A stretch of DNA of 63,669 bases, the filler included, from Platydemus manokwari (lineage: Eukaryota), in assembly GCA_037951405.1 (NCBI GenBank). It is 6 parts of 6 records of this genome, joined end to end, with 100 filler letters (N's around TTAATTAATTAA, not from the genome) between each part and the next. Parts side by side here need not be neighbours in the genome. Positions count along the whole stretch, not along the records: positions 41,069 to 51,088 come from JBBMOY011178878.1; positions 51,189 to 63,669 come from JBBMOY010117788.1; 4 more parts are not named here. One strand, 5' to 3'. The notes under the pieces were generated by a model. It saw only the letters and a program-made list of their open reading frames with translations, did not search any database and was not told the origin of the DNA. The translations under genes were made by a program, and so were the position numbers. Below are positions 40,969 through 52,451 of this stretch, piece by piece; position 1 is the stretch's first letter; every line of letters starts with the position of its first letter.

Positions 40969-41068
40969 NNNNNNNNNNNNNNNNNNNNNNNNNNNNNNNN
41001 NNNNNNNNNNNNTTAATTAATTAANNNNNNNNNNNNNNNNNNNNNNNNNNNNNNNNNNNNNNNNNNNN
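40969..41068. other. Artificial scaffold gap with linker
   Basis: N run with TTAATTAATTAA. Confidence 0.97.
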
Positions 41069-41637
41069 ATATTAAAAAAGGAATTTAAATCAATTGTTTG
41101 ACGATCTTACATAATATATAATTGGTTCTTTTTATAACATATTTATGTGTAGTTTATTTGTAACCTCAGATTTCAATTTGGTGAAAAACTAGAATTAGCT
41201 AGAATTTTATTACCACTTTCTATCAAAGCCTCTTTAAATTAGAAATCAAAATATTTATAAAATAATTCTATGCATTACAAAAATATTACATATAAATATT
41301 TTCATTATTAATTATAAACGCTCCATTTGAAATAAAAATAAATTCATTTGTTTATTTGAATCAATTTTATTTCTTTGCTTATTTAGTCAAATTATTTGTT
41401 TAATAATTTGATCATCTATATTTAAGTAAGAAGAAAGATTTTTTATCTAAAGTTATAAACATCTAAGATAAGAACATATATCATATTTATAGATAACTTA
41501 ATATATTGTAATTTATATTAAATCACGTCCTCATTTTTTAATATATAGGTAAAAAGTAAAGTTGGTAGAATCGTTGCTTCTTATTAGCTTCCAAAAATAA
41601 AACTGAGATAAGTTAGGCTAAGACAATTGTTTTAGAA

Positions 41638-43324
41638 ATGAGTATCAAAAGGGAAAATGAAATAATTATTGATGATGGTCCTGAATCTGGACAATGTTCT
41701 GATGATGAGACTGAAAAATTTACACTTCAAAGGAAATCAAAAAAGCATAAAAAGCGTTCAAAAGGCAATAAATCAAGAAAAAGGAAATATTCTGATAGCA
41801 CATCGAGTAGTACTAAAACTGAAATTGAATTCTTCAATCCCTATAGTGTCAATACGGACAAATTTAATTATAAATCAGAGTGTTATGACAATTTTGCCAT
41901 TCTAGAACTACGAAATGAGAATTCTAGGAATTTTTCAAATCAGCTCCAAGATGATATAATAGATGAATCTTTCAACAGATTAGATCAGCAAGATATGAAT
42001 CGAGTAGACGATCGTCCACCAAAATTTAAAGATATTCCTATTTCTGCTTATGAATCACCATCTAATCAAAATGTAACAAAGAAAATTAATGATTCTGACT
42101 TAAAAAATAGTCGCAAAGCATTGTATCTGATTGATAAAACTGGAATCGAGTCAACTCATGCTGATTTACGTTATTATCTGGTAGACTTTGGATTTTCCAA
42201 CAGTCTTGCATCTGATGTCTGCGCAGTTATATACAATACTGGCAGTCCTGAGCGTGAAAAAATTTCTACTAATGAAGATGAAGAGATAGAAGACAATGAA
42301 GATGAAATGTTTAACGACTTACCAATCATTGACGCTTCAGCTAATTCACATGATGCTATTTATACTAATAGTTATTCTCCAGAACCAGCCAATAAAATAA
42401 TAGAACCATATGATACTGAACAAGGATTACCTATATCTTATGCGTCAAATTTTTCAAGTGAATCGTGCCCTTTGTTAAAACCCCTTAATGAGGTTATTGA
42501 TTTGCAAACTATACCAGATGTTGGACCACGAGATCCTCGATTGAATCATAACAAACAAATTCTCAAGCTAAATGCTGTATCAAAATTTTCCGTTCCCGAA
42601 ACTAATAATGAAAAACTGAATGCTAAACCCCATGATAATAATTCCCAAATAAATAAAGAGTGGGAAATTACCGTTGCCAATATGGTTAAAACTCATCTCA
42701 GGTTATATTTGGTTCACAATGACATCAACAAGGAGGAATATAAATCCATTTTGAAAAGAGCTGTTAACAAAGTACATTTTAAAAATTTAAGTGAATTATC
42801 ACCGACATCAGTAATATTCGTTTTTTATAAGAATTCAGGCATAAATAATTATTACATTGTTTATTATCGAATTAACTTTCAACTTATTGTTCACTTTTTT
42901 TTCGTTGAGTTCTTTTATGAATCTGGTTTTAAAATGAATTATTTTTATCCAGTACATTTTATTTTTAAAAATTTTAACGTTAAGTTCAATTTAATTAGAT
43001 TAACAGTTCTATATTTGATGACAGAAAATGTTAATTCTTTTAATACTATTTTTCAGATTAATAAATTATTATTGACATTGTTTTCAAATTTAAGACAAAT
43101 CATTAAAATATTAATCTGTTTAAACAAATTTCATTCATTCAAATTTATCTTTACTGCTGTCGGTTATAATTTCAATTGTGAAATTTTGAATTTGTGATTT
43201 GATTTTTGCGTGTTTTTAGATAATCAGCTCTGGTGAAAAGAAATTAGAAACCGATAAAATTTCCAAATTCCTTCATTCATATGTCATAATGATGCAGAAA
43301 AGCAGATATGTAGATAGTATTTAA
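41638..43324 (+). CDS. Nuclear protein with a SCAF11/PHRF1-type C-terminal (Pol II CTD-interacting, SRI-like) domain; exons 41638-42771 and 43220-43324
   Basis: Basic NLS cluster and a PRDPRL motif. The spliced C-terminus VANMVKTHLRLYLVHNDINKEEYKSILKRAVNK|IISSGEKKLETDKISKFLHSYV resembles the SCAF11/PHRF1 pattern I.KEEYK.I.RKAV.KV. The ORF-track tail after 42771 is intron read-through. Confidence 0.7.
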
Positions 43325-45850
43325 GTCTTGTAAATAATTTCCATTGATGAATTTTGTGCAAATAGATTTTGTATTCAATCTTTTAACGTAACTAGTTTTA
43401 GGTTATTTTGAAATTATTTGAGTAATTACAAATTTATTTCATATCAAGTTTCGCGATTTTATTTAATTTTATAATTTTTTTTAGTATGTAACTGAGAATA
43501 CTTGTTAATATTAAATATAATAAGTGTGGAATACAACCAGCCCAACATGTAACAATCCATACGTGTATCTGTTATTTTATACAATTCTGGATATGCTTAT
43601 AATCATATTTTATAAATGAGACATTATAATAGATAATTATTCATTATTAAGTGGATATAATTGTTAGTGAATATTCATATAACAAATAAATATTATTGAT
43701 TCACTTGATAAAAGATTGTTATTCTTGATTTGGTATTCAGGTTATTCATGACTGAAATTTGTTGTAAAGTTATTTCCCGTCTATCATTAAATAATTAATA
43801 ATTACAATTGAGTTACGCAATCTATCAAATATCTTCCAAGTAGCTTGATTATATTTTGGAAATAACTTGCATAAAATCGGTAATAAATATTGATTTGTAT
43901 TGCTGTTATTATTTGAAAAATTATTTTTGGCTTATTGAGTCAGCATTTTGTTTAGAAATGAAATGTGTTTTCATTGGTTTAGAATTCAATAATAACTCGT
44001 GAAACTAATTATTCAATAAACACACTTACAAAATCGATTCGATAAATGAACATTATTCGTTCTGAATTGTTTTGCTGATGTCTTTGTCTTATCTGGACTC
44101 CTTATTTTTATCATCTGAGGTTTTCCATTTTTTTTTTGTAGTCAACTCATATTTTCCCCTAATATAGGATCGCACATGTTTATGTTTGTAACATGATTTA
44201 TATTTGTAATCTACATTGTTTCATTAAACATTTCATCAACTTTTATGATCACATTTATGAGTCTGTTTCGAATATTTTTCTGTTGACCTTCTTTGTGTTT
44301 GTCAATCGATATTGAGTGTTTTAAACATGTTTCCATTGATCGAATTATTAACAATCGAATAATATTAAAAAACCAAGTATTGAATTCGATTTTTAAATTT
44401 TATCCCAAAGATAAATTAATAAAAAATGATGAAGAATTATTTGAATGAACTCTTCATAAATTTTCAAAAGAGAATGATTGTCATTTAAAACAAAATCTTA
44501 TCTGATCTGGATTTTGTGATAAACGATTGTTATGGGATAACAATGATTCAGTTAAGGATTATTTTTTCAGGCTTATCTGATATGGATTTCCAAGTCTTCA
44601 CTTATGTCACAGAGCTGGATCAACAAAAAATTCATAATGTGGGCGAAAAATAAATTTAAATTACTTGTAGGCGAATTTATAAAGTAATTATAATATCCAA
44701 CAGGAAAAATAATAAACAAAAATAATTATTCATAATCCGTAACAGAAAACAGTACATAAGTTATAGGAATATCAGAAAATTCGCTCACACAAAAGACTTA
44801 TAAGAGACAATTTTGAAAATGAACAAGAGCTTATCTTTACGAGTACAATTTTCAATCACGACAATAATGTGCTCAACTAAAAGGCATCTAGATTTTGAAA
44901 AGAACAATAAATTATCTTTGAGAGTACGATTTTAAATCACGATAATTGTAAAAGTATTAAAAGGGAAGTTTGTCTATTTTTTTAAATCTGTAATTAAAAT
45001 ATTTAATTTTAACACAAAGTAAGTTCGTTATCTGGACCTTTCATAATTGACCCTCGTTTTAACTTGTTTCTGAATAAATTTGTAATTTTGAGTTGTTTGT
45101 AAAACTAATTAAGTGTTATTAAATAAAGGGGGATACAAATTATTTTCTATAATGAACAAAAAGCGATTTGAATTATTAATTTAAAATTTTTGTAGTAATA
45201 ATAATATTAACACGTTTGTTGGGATGCCCACCTAATACTTTCTAACACTAAACAAAAAGCAAAAAACCCATTAAAAATGCACGCTAAACCGTATTTAAAA
45301 AAATCATATAAAACCCCCTAAATCTTATCGACAGCTCTAGAAATCCCTGAAAACCCCATTTAGAGTTGATACATAGAAACCCCATATATAAATAATTTCC
45401 CTGTAAAATATGCGCCGTAAGACGTTCCTGAGTGTGGACTAAGCTGCTGCAAAGTAATTCATTCAAGCCTACTGCAAGCCAATCCTCAGAAATGAGCAAT
45501 CTGCAATTCCTCAACAAAAATTAACAATTTATCGACAATTAATTATAAAGCTGATTTTCGCTTTTGATGTGCCATTATGACAGTGTCTTATTATTATAAC
45601 TTTATATGTCATTCAATATTATTGGGTTTTATTTTTGTATCGTTACAGCTTTATATGTTATTCAATATTATTTAATAGAATTTTATTTTTGTTGTAAAAT
45701 TCGGTGAACGATCAAAATATGGAGAATAGTAAAACAAATAAATAATAAAACTAATTAAGAATAAAAGGAAAGAAAAGAAGAGAATAAATAATAATTAATA
45801 AGGATAGGATTATAATAAATAATAATAATAAATAATAAAAAACCAAAAAA

Positions 45851-48265
45851 TTGAGAACTGATATCATTAATCTACATCAACCCATAGACCCCTTTGTTAT
45901 AGCAGCATGGGGAATCCCTATCGATGATGATGAGTACTTAATAGATGTAGAATGCTTACCCGGTTTTACAACCGCAGTCCAAATAATCACAGTACCAACT
46001 GAAACTACCTGGAATAGAGCAACTATTCCAGCACGAAATGAAATAAATGAAATCGATATAGATAAAGCGCCTATTATACAAATACCTACCGAAATTGAGA
46101 AGGTGATTGACTTAGATACACCCGATGTGGTAATTAATGAATTTCAAGAATTACTAAATGAACTACCTACTAACATAGATTTACCTGGGGAAATCCAGCC
46201 GCAAGATGAAATGGTAGACGACATTCCGGGGACTTCACATCGAATATTAAAACAAAAAAGAGGGAGACCGATCGGGTCCAATATAAGAAAAATACCGCCT
46301 CCCATCGAAATCTTAGATCCAACAATAGGGTCACAAGGGAAAAGTAAATTACTTAAACAAATAGCTAATGAAGCCAGCCCTTCACATAAAACAAAAATAA
46401 AAGAAATATTAATAAAATTAGCAAAAGTGGTAGAACCGCAGAATTTAAAATTGCCTTCAGTATCTACTACCGGATATCAAAACTTAATAAAAGATGTTAA
46501 AAAATACATGTCTCGCTTACAGCAACTACTAAAAATGAAAGGGAAACTGATCCAGAGACTATTATTCATTGCAAATGGATGAATCCTTCATTCGAGTTTT
46601 CCACTTGTGCATAGAAAAATAAATCATTAAAAATCAAAGAAAGAATGGTTAAACAATTAATAATCAAAGTTTTTAAATCTAAATTATATTTTGAAAAAAA
46701 TTTATAAATATCAGTGAATATGGAAGGTTTAAAAAACAAAATGCAAAAACTTTATCAGATTATATCAAAACAACTTTAGATAATGCTAGTATTGTTGATA
46801 AAAAATTTAGTAAAGCTGAAGTTTTTAAGAAGATTATGAAAAGTACATTTGTGCAAGCACAAATTCAAAATAATTTCAATTATGCATTACTTATTTCAAA
46901 GAAAACAATATTAACAAGATCGCAGTGGTCTTTAGCAAGTTCTGTTTCGCAACCAACAACAAGCGTTAAAAATTGGAGTGGATTTCATTTATTTGATCGC
47001 AGAGGAGCAATTATGGAAAGATTGCGCTTTAATTTTGTAAATAAATTGCCGAATATTATATCGAAACAATTTGCAACGGCTCATACTCGACTGGCAGTGT
47101 TATCACAATTACCTTTCGCTTTAAAATTTTTGGGGTTTTGGGGAAGATCATTGAGTCGAGCAACATGGCGAGCAGTTGGTCCTACTGTTATGCTTATCGG
47201 TATAACAAGTGGTGTTCAGTATGCTGCACATTTACATAATAAACACCGTGATTACCTTATTAAAGAATATTATGAGAGTAATTTGCAAGATACTCACTAC
47301 GAAAATATAAAACGAATGCTAAATTATCACGAAAACTATGATATTTTAGATAACAAACACAAAATTGAGTTGGTGAATTTTTGGAATAGTATAAAATGGT
47401 TAAATCATGAAGACATATTCAATCTGGCAAAGTACGATCCTAGTACGGTGATTATCATAATGAACGATTAAAGTGGGAAGCAGGTTTACCAGGAGCCAAA
47501 ATGCCACAACCGGAATATAACATTGCTTGGAGGGGTTTTCCAAAAGTGCAACCCAAATATATGCCACGTGGTACTCATTGGAAGGATGGACGTATTCAAC
47601 CTGGTAAGGCTTCTAAAGAAAAACCATACTACATTGATTGGCACAAGACATTTATCAGGCAGGATATGTGGGATCCACGTATCCGTAGGCCTAGAGATAC
47701 TATTCAAGACTTGGGCATCGCCAGTTGGAATAAACATGACAGGAGACTAATCAAATTGGGAGTGAAGCAAGCAATTAAGCGACGATTATTAAACCGCAAG
47801 GAAGACAAGTTGAGTACAGAAGATAAATTTAAATTGGTTAAGATCGGATCTTGGTGAACGAACAGATGAAACTCGAGCATGGAAAGCTTTCATTCCTGAG
47901 AACAATAAGAATTTCATGCAATCAATGAAATGGTGAATAAAAGTGTGTTTAATAGATTGGAATAGCAATTAAATCCCTGGCATCCACAAAAAGGATGGAA
48001 TACGACTTTGGACGACTATGGCACACGGCTAGCAATGCGAGCCGTTGTTACTCCATATTTGGATGACATTGAGGTAACAGAAGCTCTAGATAGATATTTT
48101 GAAACTCAATTGGATGCGTATCAACAAATCTTAAGCCAACCAGTTATGCCTAGTATAAATAAACCTAATGTTTATCGAAATGGGTATTCATCCACTATGT
48201 CTTTTACGCTTATGGCTGGGGCTCCACCTCATCATCTCAGGGATTTGTGCCCAGTAGTATCATGA
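45851..48265 (+). pseudogene. Long fragmented coding region of the viral element, function unknown (first fragment has an AT-hook KRGRP)
   Basis: Successive same-strand intronless ORFs 45851-46582, 46836-47471, 47501-47857 and 48008-48265, separated by stops/frameshifts and running into the capsid-like frame. Confidence 0.5.
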
Positions 48266-49503
48266 CTCCACAAGTTATTGAATTTGAAACTATGGGTTGC
48301 AATGCTTTTCAAATTACCGAAAATGGGTTTTGGTATAATTTCCCATTTGAATATCCCTATCCATTTCAAGAGGGTCGCTATGAACAATATGCTCAAATTG
48401 AAAATTACAAATTTTATCAACCAATAGCAATGTATTTTGTTATGAAAGATTTTGAAATTACTGCGGAAACCGGACCAAGATGAAAGGTCACTGCATAATG
48501 GATATGATAAAGATGGTAATTTATCATTGATGACTTCATTTAAGCTAGAAAAAAACGATGGATGGATTTATCCATATGAAACATGTGGACATGTTTCACA
48601 CCTTAATCCATGCCTAGGAGAATAATATGTCTACGAATGGCAAGCTACAAGTAATCGACGATATCCACGTTTGACAACTGAATGGCATAAGCAGAAATAT
48701 CCAATTCCAGCTAATAATAAGTGCCATTCGATGTTATATCGCTTTGATGATTTGAATATTAAAATATTTTTACCTTTTCGAACCCGCCTTGCAGTTTCAC
48801 AAGGCCGTCATTCATATGATAAATTTGGCAATTTTCATCATCGCCCATCGAAAATGATAATGCAATTGCCATTTGCTGAAGACAATACAAATAAGCAAGT
48901 AAAAACTAATTTGGTATATATTGATGATTTAGGTGTATGTCATAATACGCAACCTTTAACAAACGAAAATTTAAAATTAGCTAAAACTGTCATGTATTAC
49001 AATGATCTTTGGAATTTCCTGAAGCTTCTGAACATGATCCAATGCCAATGTTATTCTTTAAGTGTCAAACAATTGTCGGACCAAATTATGCAAAAGTCCG
49101 GTTAACAGTTACTTTCAATTCGACATTAAAATATACTTATCGAGTATGGGGTAAAACACCGCAATCATCTATATCTCAACATATTCCAACGCGGCAATTT
49201 TCTATTAATGACGTGTATGGTCAACGCTTTAGGAAAAGCTATAGGGTACCATATATTTTTCCAGTTTATTATTTTGTCAATTAATGGGATGAAGAGAAAC
49301 GCCAGATTACAAAAGAAGAATTATTTCCCATGATGCACCATAATGTAAAATCCTTAGCCGTAGCCAGATATAATGTAGTATTTCATCAAGAAGTGGAATA
49401 TTTTAGGTGTATAGAAGGTAAAAATTCTATTAGTAGAATTACCACTACTACTGCTGCGCCAACTACAACGCCAGGGGCCACTACCACTGCAGCTCCAACA
49501 TGA
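48247..49503 (+). pseudogene. Parvovirus/densovirus-like capsid (VP) gene, disrupted
   Basis: GFWYNFPFEY...EQYAQIENYKFYQPIAMYFVMKDFEI resembles the parvoviral VP betaC-alphaA-betaD region. ETCGHVSHLNPCLGE*YVYEW and PMPMLFFKCQTI...LKYTYRVW resemble later VP core strands. Match judged by eye. Confidence 0.65.
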
Positions 49504-49560
49504 TATGATTGGACAATAATATTATATATTAAACTGTTTTTTTATAATGTTATTAAATGA

Positions 49561-50190
49561 ATGAATATATTTTTTCGCGTCTTGTTAGATTTTTTGATTT
49601 GTTTATTAGCAGCGCTGATTTTAGCATCTACTATTGATCAAATGTTGGACCATTTGCATACATCTACTAACTTGGATAATCTCAAAAAGTGCGCGATTTT
49701 GTACATGGTATTGGCGAGAAAGGCTGCAAAGACGAACACAATCATCTTTACAGGCATACCAAATTCTGGGAAAACTTTGACGTCATCAATATTAACTGCT
49801 GGAATGAATATTGGCAATTTCAATAATTAAAACTTCAAGTCAGAATTCGCTTTGGATGATCTCATTGATAAAGAAGTTAGCATTGATGAAGAAATTATAT
49901 TTGATCAAGATAATTGTGAATATTACAAGCTATTGTTAGAAGGCAATCGCAATTTAAAAATATCTCGAAAGCACAAAAGCAAGGTCGCACTAATACCAAT
50001 TCCCATTATTTTGACTAGCAATAATCCACTAGCAATATTAGCTCGTTCGGTACATGTGGAACGCAAAGTGGAAATTTATTTACATTATCAAAATGGTCCG
50101 ACTTTTGATCCATATGCCCATCCTGAAATTCTCAAGCAAGTTAGAGACCATTACTTTAATGCATTTGAAGGATTAAATTTAAAGTTCTAA
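49561..50190 (+). pseudogene. Parvovirus NS1-like superfamily 3 helicase domain with one in-frame stop (49828-49830)
   Basis: KTNTIIFTGIPNSGKT (Walker A), VSIDEE (Walker B), KLLLEG..LKISRKHK (B') and PIILTSN (motif C). The two ORFs are in the same frame, and AATAAA follows at 50209-50214. Confidence 0.9.
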
Positions 50191-50452
50191 GTAAAATGTC
50201 TATTGCTTAATAAATGTATACCAACGTATTCTTATTGTTGATTGATTTTAAATTTTAAAACTTTTCTATACTACGTTGTAATGGCAATGGAAATATTTTA
50301 TATATCCAGGCAATACACTATTATAGTAATAATGTATACTTGTTTTATTTTATTTTCTACATTGAGGCAACGCAATGGAGCATATATAAGTTTTTACTAA
50401 ATATTATCGTTGCTTGTTGTTCATTAAAAGTGTAAAAACCCCGGTAGGGGGG

Positions 50453-50527
50453 GGGCACATGCATTTAAACAAACTATAGCCATGGCTTAACCATGGTTCT
50501 TACATGTAATTAAGTTTGTTTTTGCCC
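50453..50527. repeat. Branched hairpin: inverted repeat enclosing three phased 10-bp palindromes
   Basis: aaacaaact (50467-50475) pairs with agtttgttt (50513-50521), with outer gggca/tgccc. Inner agccatggct, aaccatggtt and ttacatgtaa start at 50478, 50489 and 50500. Confidence 0.75.
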
Positions 50528-51088
50528 AATTTTAACTGGAAGATTATCTAATTCCAAGTTATAATTAAAGTTAGCGCAATTTCCAGTAAGATAATTCTAC
50601 AATTTATATCACCTGTTATTTTTTAATATTAATGTGTTGGGATAGCATGGAACCTCTTGTGCTCTATTCAGATAGTGAAGAGAGCGAGGACGAAAAAATT
50701 CCATATGCTATCAAAACATATAGTGAGTGGAAACAGCAACAACAGCTGTCCCAAAAACAGCCGCAGCCAAACAAACCATTAACGAGCACTGATAAGTTCA
50801 AAAGACCAAAAACACCTCCAAAACAGAGACCCGAAAGACCCGGAACACCAACAGTTAAACCCGCGTCAATAATAATGAAATCAGGGGAAACTTGAGCTAC
50901 CCGAAGCTGAAAAGTGGATTTAGACGCTTGATGTCAGTAAAGATTCCCATCTGCGAATTCAAGGAGTCAAATCCCAATCCAATCAATCCAATATTTTGAC
51001 TTGATGTGATCCTAATTTTGAACTGATATTTTATAATTGATGAACATTTTTATCTTGAACATTTTTGTTAATATTTGATCTAACATTA

Positions 51089-51188
51089 NNNNNNNNNNNN
51101 NNNNNNNNNNNNNNNNNNNNNNNNNNNNNNNNTTAATTAATTAANNNNNNNNNNNNNNNNNNNNNNNNNNNNNNNNNNNNNNNNNNNN
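51089..51188. other. Artificial scaffold gap with linker
   Basis: N run with TTAATTAATTAA. Confidence 0.97.
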
Positions 51189-51363
51189 TACACACACACA
51201 CACAAATATATATATATATATATATATACATCATCGGGTATTTATAAAAGATTTATCTTATATCATTGTATTTACCTTTATAATTATCATTTTTATTTAT
51301 TATAATTAATATTTATATTATTTATTCATTCAAAAATATAATTATAATGCAAAATATCCTTAC

Positions 51364-51613
51364 AAGTATTATCATTTTGTTTAAGAGCTGATTGGAGAAC
51401 GATTTCAGAATCCGAAGCGACATTTGCACCTTCTGAATCATGGCCAGCCGAATCCACAACATCATCCGCTGCTCCATTAACCGTATCATCATCCTCACCA
51501 GGACTAAATGCACAATCTTCATCACTCGGTGTCTTATCGATTTTATCCATCATTTCTGGATCATGAATACCAACCAATAGACTATAGCTCATCATATTGT
51601 TGGATTGGAGAAA
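51364..51613 (-). CDS. Internal exon of a phosphatidylinositol-phosphate kinase (PIP4K2-like)
   Basis: FLQSNNMMSYSLLVGIHD followed by an acidic insert matches PIP4K2 EFLAQLKLMDYSLLVGIHD. Bounded by a catag acceptor and a gtaagg donor. Confidence 0.8.
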
Positions 51614-52115
51614 CTATGAAATTAATATTTATAATAATAATAATTAATTATTATTAAAGGTTAACAAATATTTAATGATTCAAATCAGTATTGAGCATGG
51701 CTATATGATAAAATTACTAGATAACAGAAAGTGAAGATTAAAGATAATATTATTGTTATTATTCACGTTGTTTTCAAATATGGACAGAGCTATAATAATA
51801 CAGAAAATAATCTATATTCATTTGCATTGATAATAATAAATAATCGATAAATCAATTAATATTCCATTAAAAGATGTTTTCGAAACATTAAAACAAACAC
51901 AATTAATGTTAGCTATTAGCGTAATTCGTCCATATATTAAAATGATAATTGTTTCAATTGTTTGTCTGATATAAAAAGCTTTAAATCGAACAGAATCATT
52001 CACGAGATTGTCTTGAAACTTTTTCAATTATCACAAAGCATAAATTTTTCTCATCATAAAATTATAGAATGAAAATAAAAAGATCGATTTATAATGGTAT
52101 ATATATCAGTTAAAC

Positions 52116-52451
52116 CAGTGTTCTTCAAAAGGAAAGCGCGACCCACTAGTGCATCGCGAAAAATATTTTGTATGTAGCGAGAAATTTCATTTTCAGCACT
52201 GACTTATATTAAGACAAAATATCGATCGAATTAGTACTGAGATCAGCCATCACAGAAATAGAGCCAAGATTTGATGTTTCATACCAGAATATGCAAAATC
52301 GTTGTTATTATTAAATATATAATTTTTTAATGTTAAAAGAAAATTTTTATTAAAAAAGTTTACTTTATTATTTTTATTTTGGTCCATAGAGGTCGGGAAA
52401 AAATTTGGACTTGTAAAGTGGGTCGCAACACAAATAGTGTAAAGACCACTG
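52116..52451. mobile_element. hAT-type MITE
   Basis: Imperfect termini CAGTGTTCTTCA...TAAAGACCACTG with internal GCGACCCAC/GTGGGTCGC inverted subterminal motifs. Confidence 0.65.

Noticed and set aside
42772-43197. Hydrophobic C-terminus of the 519-aa ORF as a membrane domain
   Set aside because: It is AT-rich intron read-through; splicing 42771 to 43220 completes the conserved domain.
47540-47750. Parvoviral PLA2 motif (KYMPRGT ... NKHD)
   Set aside because: It lacks YxGPG and DxxAxxHDxxY, and the spacing of about 55 aa is too long.
49561-49630. Signal peptide fused to the helicase (MNIFFRVLLDFLICLLAALILA)
   Set aside because: It derives from a T-rich tract with AG sites that is more likely a UTR, splice acceptor or deletion junction; undecidable without other copies.
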